DNA of 64,000 nt from assembly GCA_964474825.1 (NCBI GenBank), contig CAYYWQ010000001.1, forward strand, positions 229,609 to 293,608, given 5' to 3'. Made by a program: the position numbers and the translations under genes. Positions 19,722-28,381 of the stretch are shown here, piece by piece; position 1 is the first letter of the stretch; each line of letters opens with the position of its first letter. Source of the stretch: an uncultured Candidatus Saccharibacteria bacterium (GTDB taxonomy: Bacteria; Patescibacteriota; Doudnabacteria; UBA920). Under the pieces are notes generated by a model. It did no database searches. It was not told where the DNA came from and saw only the letters and a list, made by a program, of their open reading frames with translations.

Positions 19722-20864
19722 ATGAATAAAAAAGCTATTGCTATTTTGGGCGCCATTTTTCTCTTAATTGTGGGGACACTGGGATTTTTAATATACTCCA
19801 AATATGGAACTAAAAAAACACCCGAAGTTGTTGTGAATGTACCAAACAACGGCGGTGGTGATCCAACGCCCTCTGTAACTCCTACTCCTGAGCCAACAGT
19901 TGCGGCTTCGGGGGCTAATAAATTATTAGACGGCCCAATAGTATCTCCGGCTTTGTTTTATAACGGTCAGGGAGTCACATATTTTGACGCAGCCGGCCAG
20001 CTCTACCAGGTTAATATTCAGCAGGGGAATGGACAACCCCAGGCGTCTTCACCGCAGCCTTTAGGTATTCAAACCAAAGCAAATATTACCAAGGTTATTT
20101 GGCCCCCCCTTGGAGATGATTTTATTACTGAGTCCGTTAGCGGTTCTCAGAAATCCTGGAGTTTTTATAACAGCAAGTCCAGAATTTACCAGGACATACC
20201 AAGCCAGGTTGTGGCTTTTGACTGGCTTCCTTCGGGACAGCAGGTTTATTATATTTGGGTGGAAAACGGCAAGGCGGCTTTAAATGTAGGTGATCCCAAC
20301 ACTCAAAATTGGAAATACATTGCTGATATGTGGGAGACAGACGATGTAATTAGTGTTTCCCCTGACGGGAAAAACATCCTTTATTATGAACAGAATACAG
20401 CTACCAGCACTAACCCAATTAACTGGTTAACTTCGGACGGGAAGCTCTGGAAAACTTTGGTTAGCACGGGAATAAATTATGGCGTACTATGGAGCCCGGA
20501 CAGCCAGAAGTTTTTGTTTGGTAAAAAAGATTCCACGGGGACCACTTACCAATTGTGGTTTTATAATTTACTGACCGGAGAAGTAGGGAATACAAAACTA
20601 AACGCGACCGTGGAGAAGGCGGTGTGGAGCAAGGACAGCCAGACAATTTATGCGGCAGTGCCAAATAGCGGCGATGCCGGAAACGGTGGCCTGACAGCTG
20701 ACATGTTTAATAAATTTAACATTGCCACCGGAGACAAAAAACAATATGACGCCGGTGCCCAGGTAATTGACGGTGAAAATTTGTTTTTAAGCAGTGATGA
20801 ATCCCTATTGTTGTTTAAAAATGCCCAGGATGGTGGTTTGTACTATTTGAACTTAAACCAGTAA
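19722..20864 (+). CDS. membrane-anchored TolB-like / PD40 beta-propeller protein
   Basis: N-terminal TM; repeated SPDGK / WSPDSQ / WSKDSQ beta-propeller motifs. Confidence 0.5.
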   Translation: MNKKAIAILGAIFLLIVGTLGFLIYSKYGTKKTPEVVVNVPNNGGGDPTPSVTPTPEPTVAASGANKLLDGPIVSPALFYNGQGVTYFDAAGQLYQVNIQQGNGQPQASSPQPLGIQTKANITKVIWPPLGDDFITESVSGSQKSWSFYNSKSRIYQDIPSQVVAFDWLPSGQQVYYIWVENGKAALNVGDPNTQNWKYIADMWETDDVISVSPDGKNILYYEQNTATSTNPINWLTSDGKLWKTLVSTGINYGVLWSPDSQKFLFGKKDSTGTTYQLWFYNLLTGEVGNTKLNATVEKAVWSKDSQTIYAAVPNSGDAGNGGLTADMFNKFNIATGDKKQYDAGAQVIDGENLFLSSDESLLLFKNAQDGGLYYLNLNQ

Positions 20865-20942
20865 AAGTATATAGTAGTTAGTAGATAGCCTATTGTGGTT
20901 AGATTTTCTAACTACTATTTGCTAAATACTAACTACTTTTTT

Positions 20943-22274
20943 ATGCCTAAATTATCTGTAATTTTTGTTTGTACTAATTGCGGGTACCGTACTCCCCGTT
21001 GGCAAGGTAAATGCCAGCAGTGCGGGCAATGGAACACTTTGGAAGAAAAGCAGGAAATTAGAAGCGGGAAACAAGGTGCCTTAAGGGCCGCTTCTGAACC
21101 TGTTAATTTACAGGGAGTGCAAATTTCTGACCGGCAGCGTTTTGTAACCGGCATAGGGGAGTTCGACGAGGTTATTGGCAGCGGTATAGTGCCGGGCAGT
21201 TTGATTCTTCTTGGTGGAGATCCTGGTATTGGTAAATCCACTTTAGCTCTTCAGCTAAGCATGAAAATGCCGGACGGAGACGTTCTTTATGTTAGCGGCG
21301 AGGAATCTGTCCACCAAATTAAACTCCGTGCCAGCCGTATAAACCAAAAACATGAGTTGGATGTTTTAGCGGAAACAGACTTAGAAACAGTTTTGTCTAC
21401 CGTGGAAAGCCAAACACCCAAATTGGTAATTATAGATTCCGTGCAGACAATGTACAGCGAATCAGCCAGCGGCGTAGCGGGCGGAGTTGCGCAGGTGACA
21501 AACGCTGTGCAGCGCATTATGCGCACGGCTAAACAAAACCACATATCGTTCATTTTAATAGGACATGTTACCAAAGAAGGCTACTTAGCTGGTCCAAAAA
21601 CTTTGGAACATATGGTAGACACGGTTTTGTATTTGGAAGGGGAGCGGTTTGCGAGTTTCCGCATTTTGCGATGCGTTAAAAACCGTTTTGGCACTACTAA
21701 CGAAGTCGGCGTGTTTGAAATGCAAGGGGAAGGTTTAGTAGAAGTTAAAAATCCGTCGCAATTATTTTTGGGCGAAGAAAGCATAAAAGCTTCGGGCAAC
21801 GTGGTTACTTCTATTTTAGAAGGCAGCCGCGCGTTACTTTTAGAAATTCAGGCGCTTACATCGGCCTCTAACTTTGGTTATCCTAAGCGCACTACCGCTG
21901 GATTTGATGCTAACCGTTTACAATTACTTACCGCAATTTTAAGCAAACGAGCGGGCCTTAATTTGTCCAACCAGGACATTTACATAAATGTTGTAGGCGG
22001 AATAAAAATAGACGAACCTGCCGCGGACTTGGCTGTTGCTATGGCCATAATTTCTTCTTTAAAAGATATTGTTATTGAAAAAACAGTTATTATTGGTGAA
22101 CTAGGACTCTCGGGTGAAGTCCGTTTTGTGCCGCAACTGGAAAAAAGGATTAAAGAAGCGCAAAAATTAGGTTTTGAAAAAATAATCTGCCCCAAAACAA
22201 AAATCGCCGGCAAATTCGGCGACGTAGAAATAATTGGTGTTAGGACACTTGGGGAAGCTATAAAAAGTTTGTAG
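20943..22274 (+). CDS. radA: DNA repair protein RadA/Sms
   Basis: N-terminal C4 zinc finger CTNCGY...CQQCGQW, Walker A GGDPGIGKSTLALQ, Lon-like C-terminal domain; ATG at 20943 preferred over upstream ORF start. Confidence 0.9.
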   Translation: MPKLSVIFVCTNCGYRTPRWQGKCQQCGQWNTLEEKQEIRSGKQGALRAASEPVNLQGVQISDRQRFVTGIGEFDEVIGSGIVPGSLILLGGDPGIGKSTLALQLSMKMPDGDVLYVSGEESVHQIKLRASRINQKHELDVLAETDLETVLSTVESQTPKLVIIDSVQTMYSESASGVAGGVAQVTNAVQRIMRTAKQNHISFILIGHVTKEGYLAGPKTLEHMVDTVLYLEGERFASFRILRCVKNRFGTTNEVGVFEMQGEGLVEVKNPSQLFLGEESIKASGNVVTSILEGSRALLLEIQALTSASNFGYPKRTTAGFDANRLQLLTAILSKRAGLNLSNQDIYINVVGGIKIDEPAADLAVAMAIISSLKDIVIEKTVIIGELGLSGEVRFVPQLEKRIKEAQKLGFEKIICPKTKIAGKFGDVEIIGVRTLGEAIKSL

Positions 22275-22464
22275 AAATGGATCAGGGGTCAATCTTGGCG
22301 CGTATCCACCTTGACTGACCCCTGTGCTTTGGATTTGGTGATCTCCCGAACACCGTGTCCTTAGCAATAGTGGGCTTCAAAGCGCCCAAGTAAGATTATA
22401 CGCTGACAAGACAATGTCAGGCCGGCGGGAGAACCGACAAACTTACTTTGACACATTGAGCTTT

Positions 22465-22842
22465 TTAAGCGAAGGCAGTCTGAGAGAAGTCCTGGTTTGT
22501 TGCCGCGTCGGCATTTTCTTGGCAGGGAGTACAATGCTTCGCCCAAGGAATTGCATTCAACCTCTTGGTGCTGATGTCCTTGCCACAGTGGACACAGACA
22601 CCAAAGCCTCCTACCTCCATGCGAGTTTTGGCCGCCCGTACCTCTCTTAGGGTTTTTGATGCCTCATTCAGGTTTCGGATTTCCAGATCTCGCTCAGTGC
22701 TTTCACGTGCTGTGTCTTCATCGGGAGGGTGTCTGCCGTCGTCAGGGACTGTAATTCCCTCCCTATTTCGGACTGCCCGAGTCAGCTCTTGTTCTTTTGC
22801 GTCAAGAGCTTTTGCAAAGTTCTTCAACTCCGTACTTGTCAC
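22465..22842 (-). CDS. DksA/TraR-family C4 zinc-finger protein (in higher-GC island)
   Basis: C-terminal CVHCGKDISTKRLNAIPWAKHCTPCQE (CxxC-N17-CxxC); AAAGGGA RBS upstream on minus strand. Confidence 0.6.
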   Translation of the reverse strand: MTSTELKNFAKALDAKEQELTRAVRNREGITVPDDGRHPPDEDTARESTERDLEIRNLNEASKTLREVRAAKTRMEVGGFGVCVHCGKDISTKRLNAIPWAKHCTPCQENADAATNQDFSQTAFA

Positions 22843-23012
22843 TTTTCAAATCCCTTTCTAGAGAATTTTTCTGGGAGAATCGCACAACGAAAGAGGGCTA
22901 TTGCTAGCTTAAGCCCTCCTTAAGATTGGCGTTATTATAGTGAAAAAAATGGTAAAAGTCAATTAAAAATAGCTTATGTGTCTAACCTAAGCTATTTTTA
23001 ATTTAATTAGAA

Positions 23013-25100
23013 TTATTCAAAATGTATGACCTTGTCTTTTATTTTTTCTTTTAAGAGCGGGTAGTTATTCAATTCCAAATCACCTTTTAATATTTTTAAA
23101 GCTTCTTTGCGGGCTGGCTCAATTAACGAAGTGTAGGCCGGGGAAAAATATTTAAAGTTCCAACCGGATTGGGAGGAGCCGTAAATTTCGCCAAAGCCTC
23201 TTTGTTTTAAATCTAGTTCTGCCAGTTCAAAGCCGTCTGTAGTTTTTGTAAAATTTTCCAGGCGGTTTAGGGTTTCTTTTTGGGCATCTGTAAGAGGCAT
23301 GGCAACCGCCGTAGGCTCACTTGGCGCGGTAGGAAACAGGAAACAATAGCTTTGGTGCTCAGCACGCCCAACGCGCCCGCGGAATTGGTGTAATTGGGCC
23401 AGGCCAAACCGCTCCGCGCCTTCTATTAGCATAACCGAAGCATTTGGCACGTCTACGCCGACTTCTACCACAGATGTAGAAACCAAAATTTGGATTTTAT
23501 TTTCCAAAAATTCTTTCATTACATCTTCTTTTTCTTTGCCTTTTAAGCGCCCATGCATTAGGCCAATTTTGAATTGCGGAAAAAGTTTTTGTAAAATTTC
23601 AACTTCAGTTTTGGCGGCCTTTATGCCTAACTTATCACTTTCTTCAATTAAGGGGGTAATTACAAATACCTGCCTGCCTAATAAAATTTGCTCCTTAATA
23701 AATTTGTAAGCCTTTGCCCTGTCCTCGGCTTTTACTAATTTGGTAATTATGGCCTTGCGCCCCAGAGGCTTACTTTTAATTTGGGAAATTTCCAGTTCGC
23801 CATAATATGCCAACTGCAAAGTGCGGGGGATTGGAGTCGCGCTTAAAGAAAGCAAATGGGGGACCTTCCCTTTTCGGTTCATTAGTTCAGCCCGTTGCTC
23901 CACGCCAAAGCGGTGCTGCTCGTCAATAATTACCAAGGCCAGATTTTTAAATTTTACTTTTTTTTGCAAAAGCGCGTGTGTACCAATATATAGCCCGGGC
24001 ATTCCGTCTTGAATTAAGGCCTGAAGTTTAGGTTTACTAATTTCCTCACTGTTTATTTTAGAATAGGAATTGGTAATCAGCCCGATTTTTAATTTAGCAT
24101 TGGCAGATTTTAAAAATTTTGAGGCAGTTTGGAAATGCTGGTTGGCTAAAATTTCAGTTGGGGCCAAAAGTGCCACTTGGTATTCGCTAGTAATTGCCTG
24201 CAGTGCCGCCATAAGGGCCACTAAAGTTTTGCCACTGCCAACATCGCCTTCCAGCAGCCTGTTCATTGGTTCCGGTTTTTCCAAGTCCTGTAAAATTTCC
24301 CAGGCGGCCTTTTTTTGCCAGGAAGTTAATTGAAACGGCAGGGAATCCACAAAAGTTTTTATAAGTTCCTGGTCAAATTTTACGGCAAAAGATTTTTTAG
24401 CCTTAAGCTTTAACTTGTATTGCTGGGCTAATAGCTGGTTATAAAATATTTCTTCAAAAGCCAGTCGTTTTTTTGCTTCTTCTACGTCATTATTACTTTT
24501 TGGGAAATGTGAAAATTCCGCGGTCTGCTCTAAATTTAAGATTTTTTGGTTTTTTATAATAGTTTCGGGTAAAGTATCTACCAGCTGTGTTAAAGCGGGT
24601 AAAGCCGAAGCCACTAAATTGCGGAAAGTTTTAGGGTAGATTTTTTGGGAAAGATGGTATAACGGCACCAACCGGGCGGTGTGGACAGGGAAGTCTGAAA
24701 CTTTTTCGTACAGCGGATTTGTCAGCTGTAAAGTGTTTTTGTAATAGTCAGGAGCGCCGGCAAGGAAAACCTCGTCGCTCACTTGTAAATTGTTGGCAAT
24801 ATAGGCCTGGTTAAACCAGGTTACTTTAAGCGAACCGGTTTCGTCAGACACCACGGCTTCCGCAAGCGACATTCTGCTCCTAAAAGAAAACCGGCTGGAA
24901 ATATTTTTTATAGTTACGTGTAAAGAAATATTTTCACCCGCAACAATGTCTTTTATTTCTACCACTTTGGAAAAATCCAGGTAGCGGTAGGGGAAATGTA
25001 AAAGCAAATCCCGGACCGTTTTGATTCCAAGGTTTTTTAAAGCCGCAATAAGCGGCTTTTGGGTTTTGGGTAAATTTTCTATCGGGTCTTGGAGCAGCAT
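23013..25100 (-). CDS. recG: ATP-dependent DNA helicase RecG
   Basis: Walker A GDVGSGKTLVA, DEQHRFG (DEQH box), wedge/OB N-terminal domain. Confidence 0.9.
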   Translation of the reverse strand: MLLQDPIENLPKTQKPLIAALKNLGIKTVRDLLLHFPYRYLDFSKVVEIKDIVAGENISLHVTIKNISSRFSFRSRMSLAEAVVSDETGSLKVTWFNQAYIANNLQVSDEVFLAGAPDYYKNTLQLTNPLYEKVSDFPVHTARLVPLYHLSQKIYPKTFRNLVASALPALTQLVDTLPETIIKNQKILNLEQTAEFSHFPKSNNDVEEAKKRLAFEEIFYNQLLAQQYKLKLKAKKSFAVKFDQELIKTFVDSLPFQLTSWQKKAAWEILQDLEKPEPMNRLLEGDVGSGKTLVALMAALQAITSEYQVALLAPTEILANQHFQTASKFLKSANAKLKIGLITNSYSKINSEEISKPKLQALIQDGMPGLYIGTHALLQKKVKFKNLALVIIDEQHRFGVEQRAELMNRKGKVPHLLSLSATPIPRTLQLAYYGELEISQIKSKPLGRKAIITKLVKAEDRAKAYKFIKEQILLGRQVFVITPLIEESDKLGIKAAKTEVEILQKLFPQFKIGLMHGRLKGKEKEDVMKEFLENKIQILVSTSVVEVGVDVPNASVMLIEGAERFGLAQLHQFRGRVGRAEHQSYCFLFPTAPSEPTAVAMPLTDAQKETLNRLENFTKTTDGFELAELDLKQRGFGEIYGSSQSGWNFKYFSPAYTSLIEPARKEALKILKGDLELNNYPLLKEKIKDKVIHFE

Positions 25101-25105
25101 ATGAA

Positions 25106-25182
25106 TGGTGCACCCGGCAGGGATCGAACCTGCGACCTTTCCCTTCGGAGGGGAACGCTCTTATCCACTGAGCTACGGATGC
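25106..25182 (-). tRNA. tRNA-Arg (anticodon CCG), CCA encoded
   Basis: minus-strand sequence GCATCCGTAGCTCAGTGGATAGAGCG-TTCCC-CTCCGAA-GGGAA-...GGTTCGATCC...GGGTGCACCA folds as cloverleaf, 7-bp acceptor stem. Confidence 0.85.
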
Positions 25183-25216
25183 CGGTAGGGTGGCAGGTGG
25201 TCAAGATAGGATATAT

Positions 25217-25690
25217 TTAAAATTTAAACCTGTGGGTAATCCTTTGTATTGGGGTTTCCCGGCTTTCCTCATGTTCAGGCAAGTGCTTTATTAAAAACAT
25301 CCGGACAACTTCGGGATCTTGGTCTTCTAGTTCCAGTATCATTATGTTGTTAAGTAAAGCGGTGGTGTGTAAATTTAAAGTCTTATGGTTTTCGTTATGG
25401 ACAACCCAGAAGTGCTTGATTTGTTTGTAAGGAAACCGCAGGTTTCCAAAATGAACGCCTCTATTATTTAGTTCAATAGGAACTATTTCCGGTGTTTGGC
25501 GGGCGAAGAAAAAAACAAATCCCGAAATTATGGCCAAACTAACAGCGGCAAAAAAATCCCGCTGAATAATGAAAAATACAACTACCATTAGGCTAATACA
25601 TGTTAGAGTAATGTACCAGCCCGGATTTTTAGGATAATGCCTAAATTCCGGAGCCTCCCATGAAATTGTTGTTTGGTTTTCTGAGTCCAT
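25217..25690 (-). CDS. hypothetical two-TM membrane protein (PH/YdbT-like?)
   Basis: start at MDSENQ (25690) because the longer ORF would overlap tRNA-Ser; two TM helices near N-terminus. Confidence 0.45.
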   Translation of the reverse strand: MDSENQTTISWEAPEFRHYPKNPGWYITLTCISLMVVVFFIIQRDFFAAVSLAIISGFVFFFARQTPEIVPIELNNRGVHFGNLRFPYKQIKHFWVVHNENHKTLNLHTTALLNNIMILELEDQDPEVVRMFLIKHLPEHEESRETPIQRITHRFKF

Positions 25691-25714
25691 AAGTTTGAAA
25701 GACCTTGATTTTTT

Positions 25715-25804
25715 TGGCGGAGGCGAGAGGATTCGAACCTCTGAAGGACGTGAGCCCTTAACGGTTTTCAAGACCGTCCCGATAGACCGCTCCGGCACGC
25801 CTCC
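25715..25804 (-). tRNA. tRNA-Ser (anticodon TGA), long variable arm, CCA encoded
   Basis: GGAGGCGTGCCGGAGCGGTCTATCGGGA-CGGTC-TTGAAAA-CCG...long extra arm...AGGTTCGAATCCTCTCGCCTCCGCCA. Confidence 0.85.
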
Positions 25805-25929
25805 AAAGTATCTTTAATTTATTATAACACTTTATGCATCGTGTGACAAAATTTTTTACCTATCCTCCTTCGCTAAGGCTTCGGAGGATTGCTCTCTATG
25901 TTTATTATTTAATGTGGGCAACAAAAACA

Positions 25930-25958
25930 GTCCACCTCTAGAATGGACTGTTTTATAT
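25930..25958 (-). terminator. rho-independent terminator downstream of sigma/anti-sigma pair (minus strand)
   Basis: aacagtcca-cctctagaa-tggactgtt hairpin followed by T-run on minus strand. Confidence 0.5.
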
Positions 25959-26045
25959 ATGGGTTTCAAAGCTTCCGTGGACTGTCATCCTGATTTAAAG
26001 AAATAAAGAGGGTCTTTATTTCTTTGGTCAAAATATCAGTAGTTG

Positions 26046-27251
26046 TTAGTTCCCGCAGGAGTTGTTAGGGCATTGAGGCGTGGGATCTTCTATAATTAGC
26101 CCGCCCACTGCGGCGTTAGGGTCTGGAAGTATTATTAAAGTCTGAGGGCTGCTGCTTTCTAAGGTTGAAGAGGCGGAAGGTTTTTTGTCTGTTGCTACAG
26201 TGGAGGTGGAGCTAACGGCCACAGAGGTTCCTTTGACTTCCCCGTCCAAATTCGTCTGGGCCGCTAAGCTGACTTGGCGAAGTAAAAAGCCGGTATCGGT
26301 CTTGTCTCCCAAAATAGTTACGTTTTGGTTAATTTTTAAGTCACGGGAATTTATTACAGCATCCTCGTCGTTTTTGATTAAAGTAGCCTTGGTAAATGTA
26401 TAAATTTGTCCGTTAACAGTAAGAGTGTTGTAAGTTAACTGGGTGATTTTACCTGAAATAACCACGGCCGAAGGGTTGGAATTTAAAGCCGCAAGCGCTT
26501 GGTCGTTGCTTGCCGCGCCTAAATACTCGTCTATAACAGCTAACTTGGTCGCATTTTCTTTAGCTGCTGAAAGCACGGTTTTGTCTACGCTTGAGTCTTT
26601 ATTGGTTTCTAGTTTTTTAAGCAATGCCTGTTGTTTGGAAGTAATGGTTTGCAGGGAAGCAATGAGCGGATGGTCTTGGTTTATAGCATGTGTTTCTGTT
26701 TCGTTGGCTTTGTTTAAGGCGTTAATGGTATTTTGGGTTTCCGCGCCGAGTTCATTTAAAGCCGCTACTTGTTTTTCTGGATCATTTTGGGAATTTTCCA
26801 AAGCCGCCTGCACGTCGTCAATGCGTTTTTGGGCAATGGCGATTTGTAGGTTTATTTTTTCCTGCGGACTGGATGCTAACTGTAGTTGAGCATGTTCCGC
26901 GGCCTTTTTAAGACTAAAAAAAGTATCACCCGGCCTGCTGGAAGATGCCGCGAAACCGGCGCTTACTCCGGCTATTATAAAAATAAAAACAGAAGCGCCC
27001 ACCACAGCCAAGCGGGAAAAACGTATCCAATGGAGGAAAAGCGATTTGGCCGGGGCAAAAACATATTTTCTTTGCATGGCCGGTTCCGGTACTGCTTTTT
27101 TTGGTAAAGTCTTAAGCAGGTTTGCTATTTGGAGCAGGGGACTGAGTTCTTTGGAATGCAGCGGCCACTTTGAAAGTATTTCGGCCTGGGATTTTCCCTG
27201 GTCGAGTTGCTCAACAGCTTTATTTAATATTTCGTCAAAATTTTCGTTCAT
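26046..27251 (-). CDS. putative anti-sigma factor (cytoplasmic N-domain, single TM, extracytoplasmic coiled-coil domain)
   Basis: overlaps and immediately follows ECF sigma gene; single TM AVVGASVFIFIIAGVSAGFAA. Confidence 0.4.
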   Translation of the reverse strand: MNENFDEILNKAVEQLDQGKSQAEILSKWPLHSKELSPLLQIANLLKTLPKKAVPEPAMQRKYVFAPAKSLFLHWIRFSRLAVVGASVFIFIIAGVSAGFAASSSRPGDTFFSLKKAAEHAQLQLASSPQEKINLQIAIAQKRIDDVQAALENSQNDPEKQVAALNELGAETQNTINALNKANETETHAINQDHPLIASLQTITSKQQALLKKLETNKDSSVDKTVLSAAKENATKLAVIDEYLGAASNDQALAALNSNPSAVVISGKITQLTYNTLTVNGQIYTFTKATLIKNDEDAVINSRDLKINQNVTILGDKTDTGFLLRQVSLAAQTNLDGEVKGTSVAVSSTSTVATDKKPSASSTLESSSPQTLIILPDPNAAVGGLIIEDPTPQCPNNSCGN

Positions 27252-27834
27252 TGTCTAAATGTTGTTTAACTAGTTCTTGCAGTTTAGTTATGGCGCGGTG
27301 TTGTATGACTCTTATTGCGCCTTCGGTTTTATGCAATAATTCTGAGATTGTTGCGTTTTCTAAATCTTCAATAAATTTTAATTTAACAACCATTTGCTGT
27401 TCGCTGGTTAGTTGTTTTAACAGCTTAAGCATTAATTGCTGGTCTTGTTTTAAATCCACCGACTCAACAATATTAGATTCGTATTCCAGGGTGTTTTCGA
27501 TTTCATCTAAAGCAACATCTACCTTTTTTTCACGGTAGTAATCTATAACCATGTTTCGCGCTATCTGGTAAAGCCAGCCTTCAAACGAATCGCCGCCTCT
27601 GGCAGAGCCAATTTTTCCAAAAACTTTTAAAAACACTTCTTCCGCCAAGTCTTCGGCCACTTGCTTGTGGCTTACGCGGAAGTAAATAAAACGGTAAATT
27701 TTTTGGAAATAAAGATTGTAAATTTGCCCAAAAGCCACTTGGTCGCCGCTCTTGGCCTTGTCAAAAACCTCATCAGAAACCCTTGAATTGGGTTCTTTTA
27801 AAGCGCTAAATATAAAGACGGAATTTAAGTCCAT
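27235..27834 (-). CDS. ECF-type RNA polymerase sigma factor (sigma-70 family)
   Basis: region 2 EEVFLKVFGKI...WLYQIARNMVIDYYR and region 4 helix-turn-helix ISELLHKTEGAIRVIQHRAITKL. Confidence 0.8.
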   Translation of the reverse strand: MDLNSVFIFSALKEPNSRVSDEVFDKAKSGDQVAFGQIYNLYFQKIYRFIYFRVSHKQVAEDLAEEVFLKVFGKIGSARGGDSFEGWLYQIARNMVIDYYREKKVDVALDEIENTLEYESNIVESVDLKQDQQLMLKLLKQLTSEQQMVVKLKFIEDLENATISELLHKTEGAIRVIQHRAITKLQELVKQHLDNERKF

Positions 27835-28090
27835 TTGTTACAAAGAAAAGGTTTATTAAACAATAAAACGGCAAATTGTCAAAATTGATTAAAATATCGC
27901 CGCAAAGACGGCGATATTATTCTAACATATTTTAAATAATTCTAAGTGATTTTTCTAAAGGTAAAGCTTTTAAACTATCTGCCCCTCGACTTCGCTCGGG
28001 ACACTCGACTCGCTTCAATTATAGGATGGTTGAGGCCTTTTAAGGGCCGAAACCACGAGCAAGCTTTGATGTTAGTCAAAGCGAGTCGAG

Positions 28091-28182
28091 TGGCGGAGAG
28101 GGGGGGATTCGAACCCCCGAAAGGTTTTGACACCTTTACCGGTTTAGCAAACCAGCGCACTAGGCCTCTATGCGACCTCTCC
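28091..28182 (-). tRNA. tRNA-Ser (anticodon GCT), long variable arm, CCA encoded
   Basis: GGAGAGGTCGCATAGAGGCCTAGTGCG-CTGGT-TTGCTAA-ACCGG...extra arm...GGGGGTTCGAATCCCCCCCTCTCCGCCA. Confidence 0.85.
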
Positions 28183-28381
28183 GGGTGAATGTAATATTTA
28201 AGAATTGCTTTGTCATTTTAACAAAGTTTGGAATTTCTGACAATGCTCCTTTGTTTGAAATAAATCACCCCGCGAAGCCTACACATGCTTTGTGTAAACT
28301 TCGCGGGGCTGTCGTTTTGCGTTAACGATAACGTTGCCTGCCTAGCCGGCAGGGAGTATGCGATTAACGTACGTCGGAGGA

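Noticed and set aside
22361-22650. ORFs 22361-22546(-), 22414-22650(+), 22565-22861(+), 22729-22923(+) around the DksA/TraR gene
   Set aside because: Overlapping frames in a GC-elevated patch. Only the minus-strand 125-aa frame has a recognisable C4 zinc-finger domain and RBS.
27946-28188. ORFs 27946-28188(+) and 27975-28160(-)
   Set aside because: They overlap tRNA-Ser(GCT) and its adjacent inverted repeats. No coding signal.
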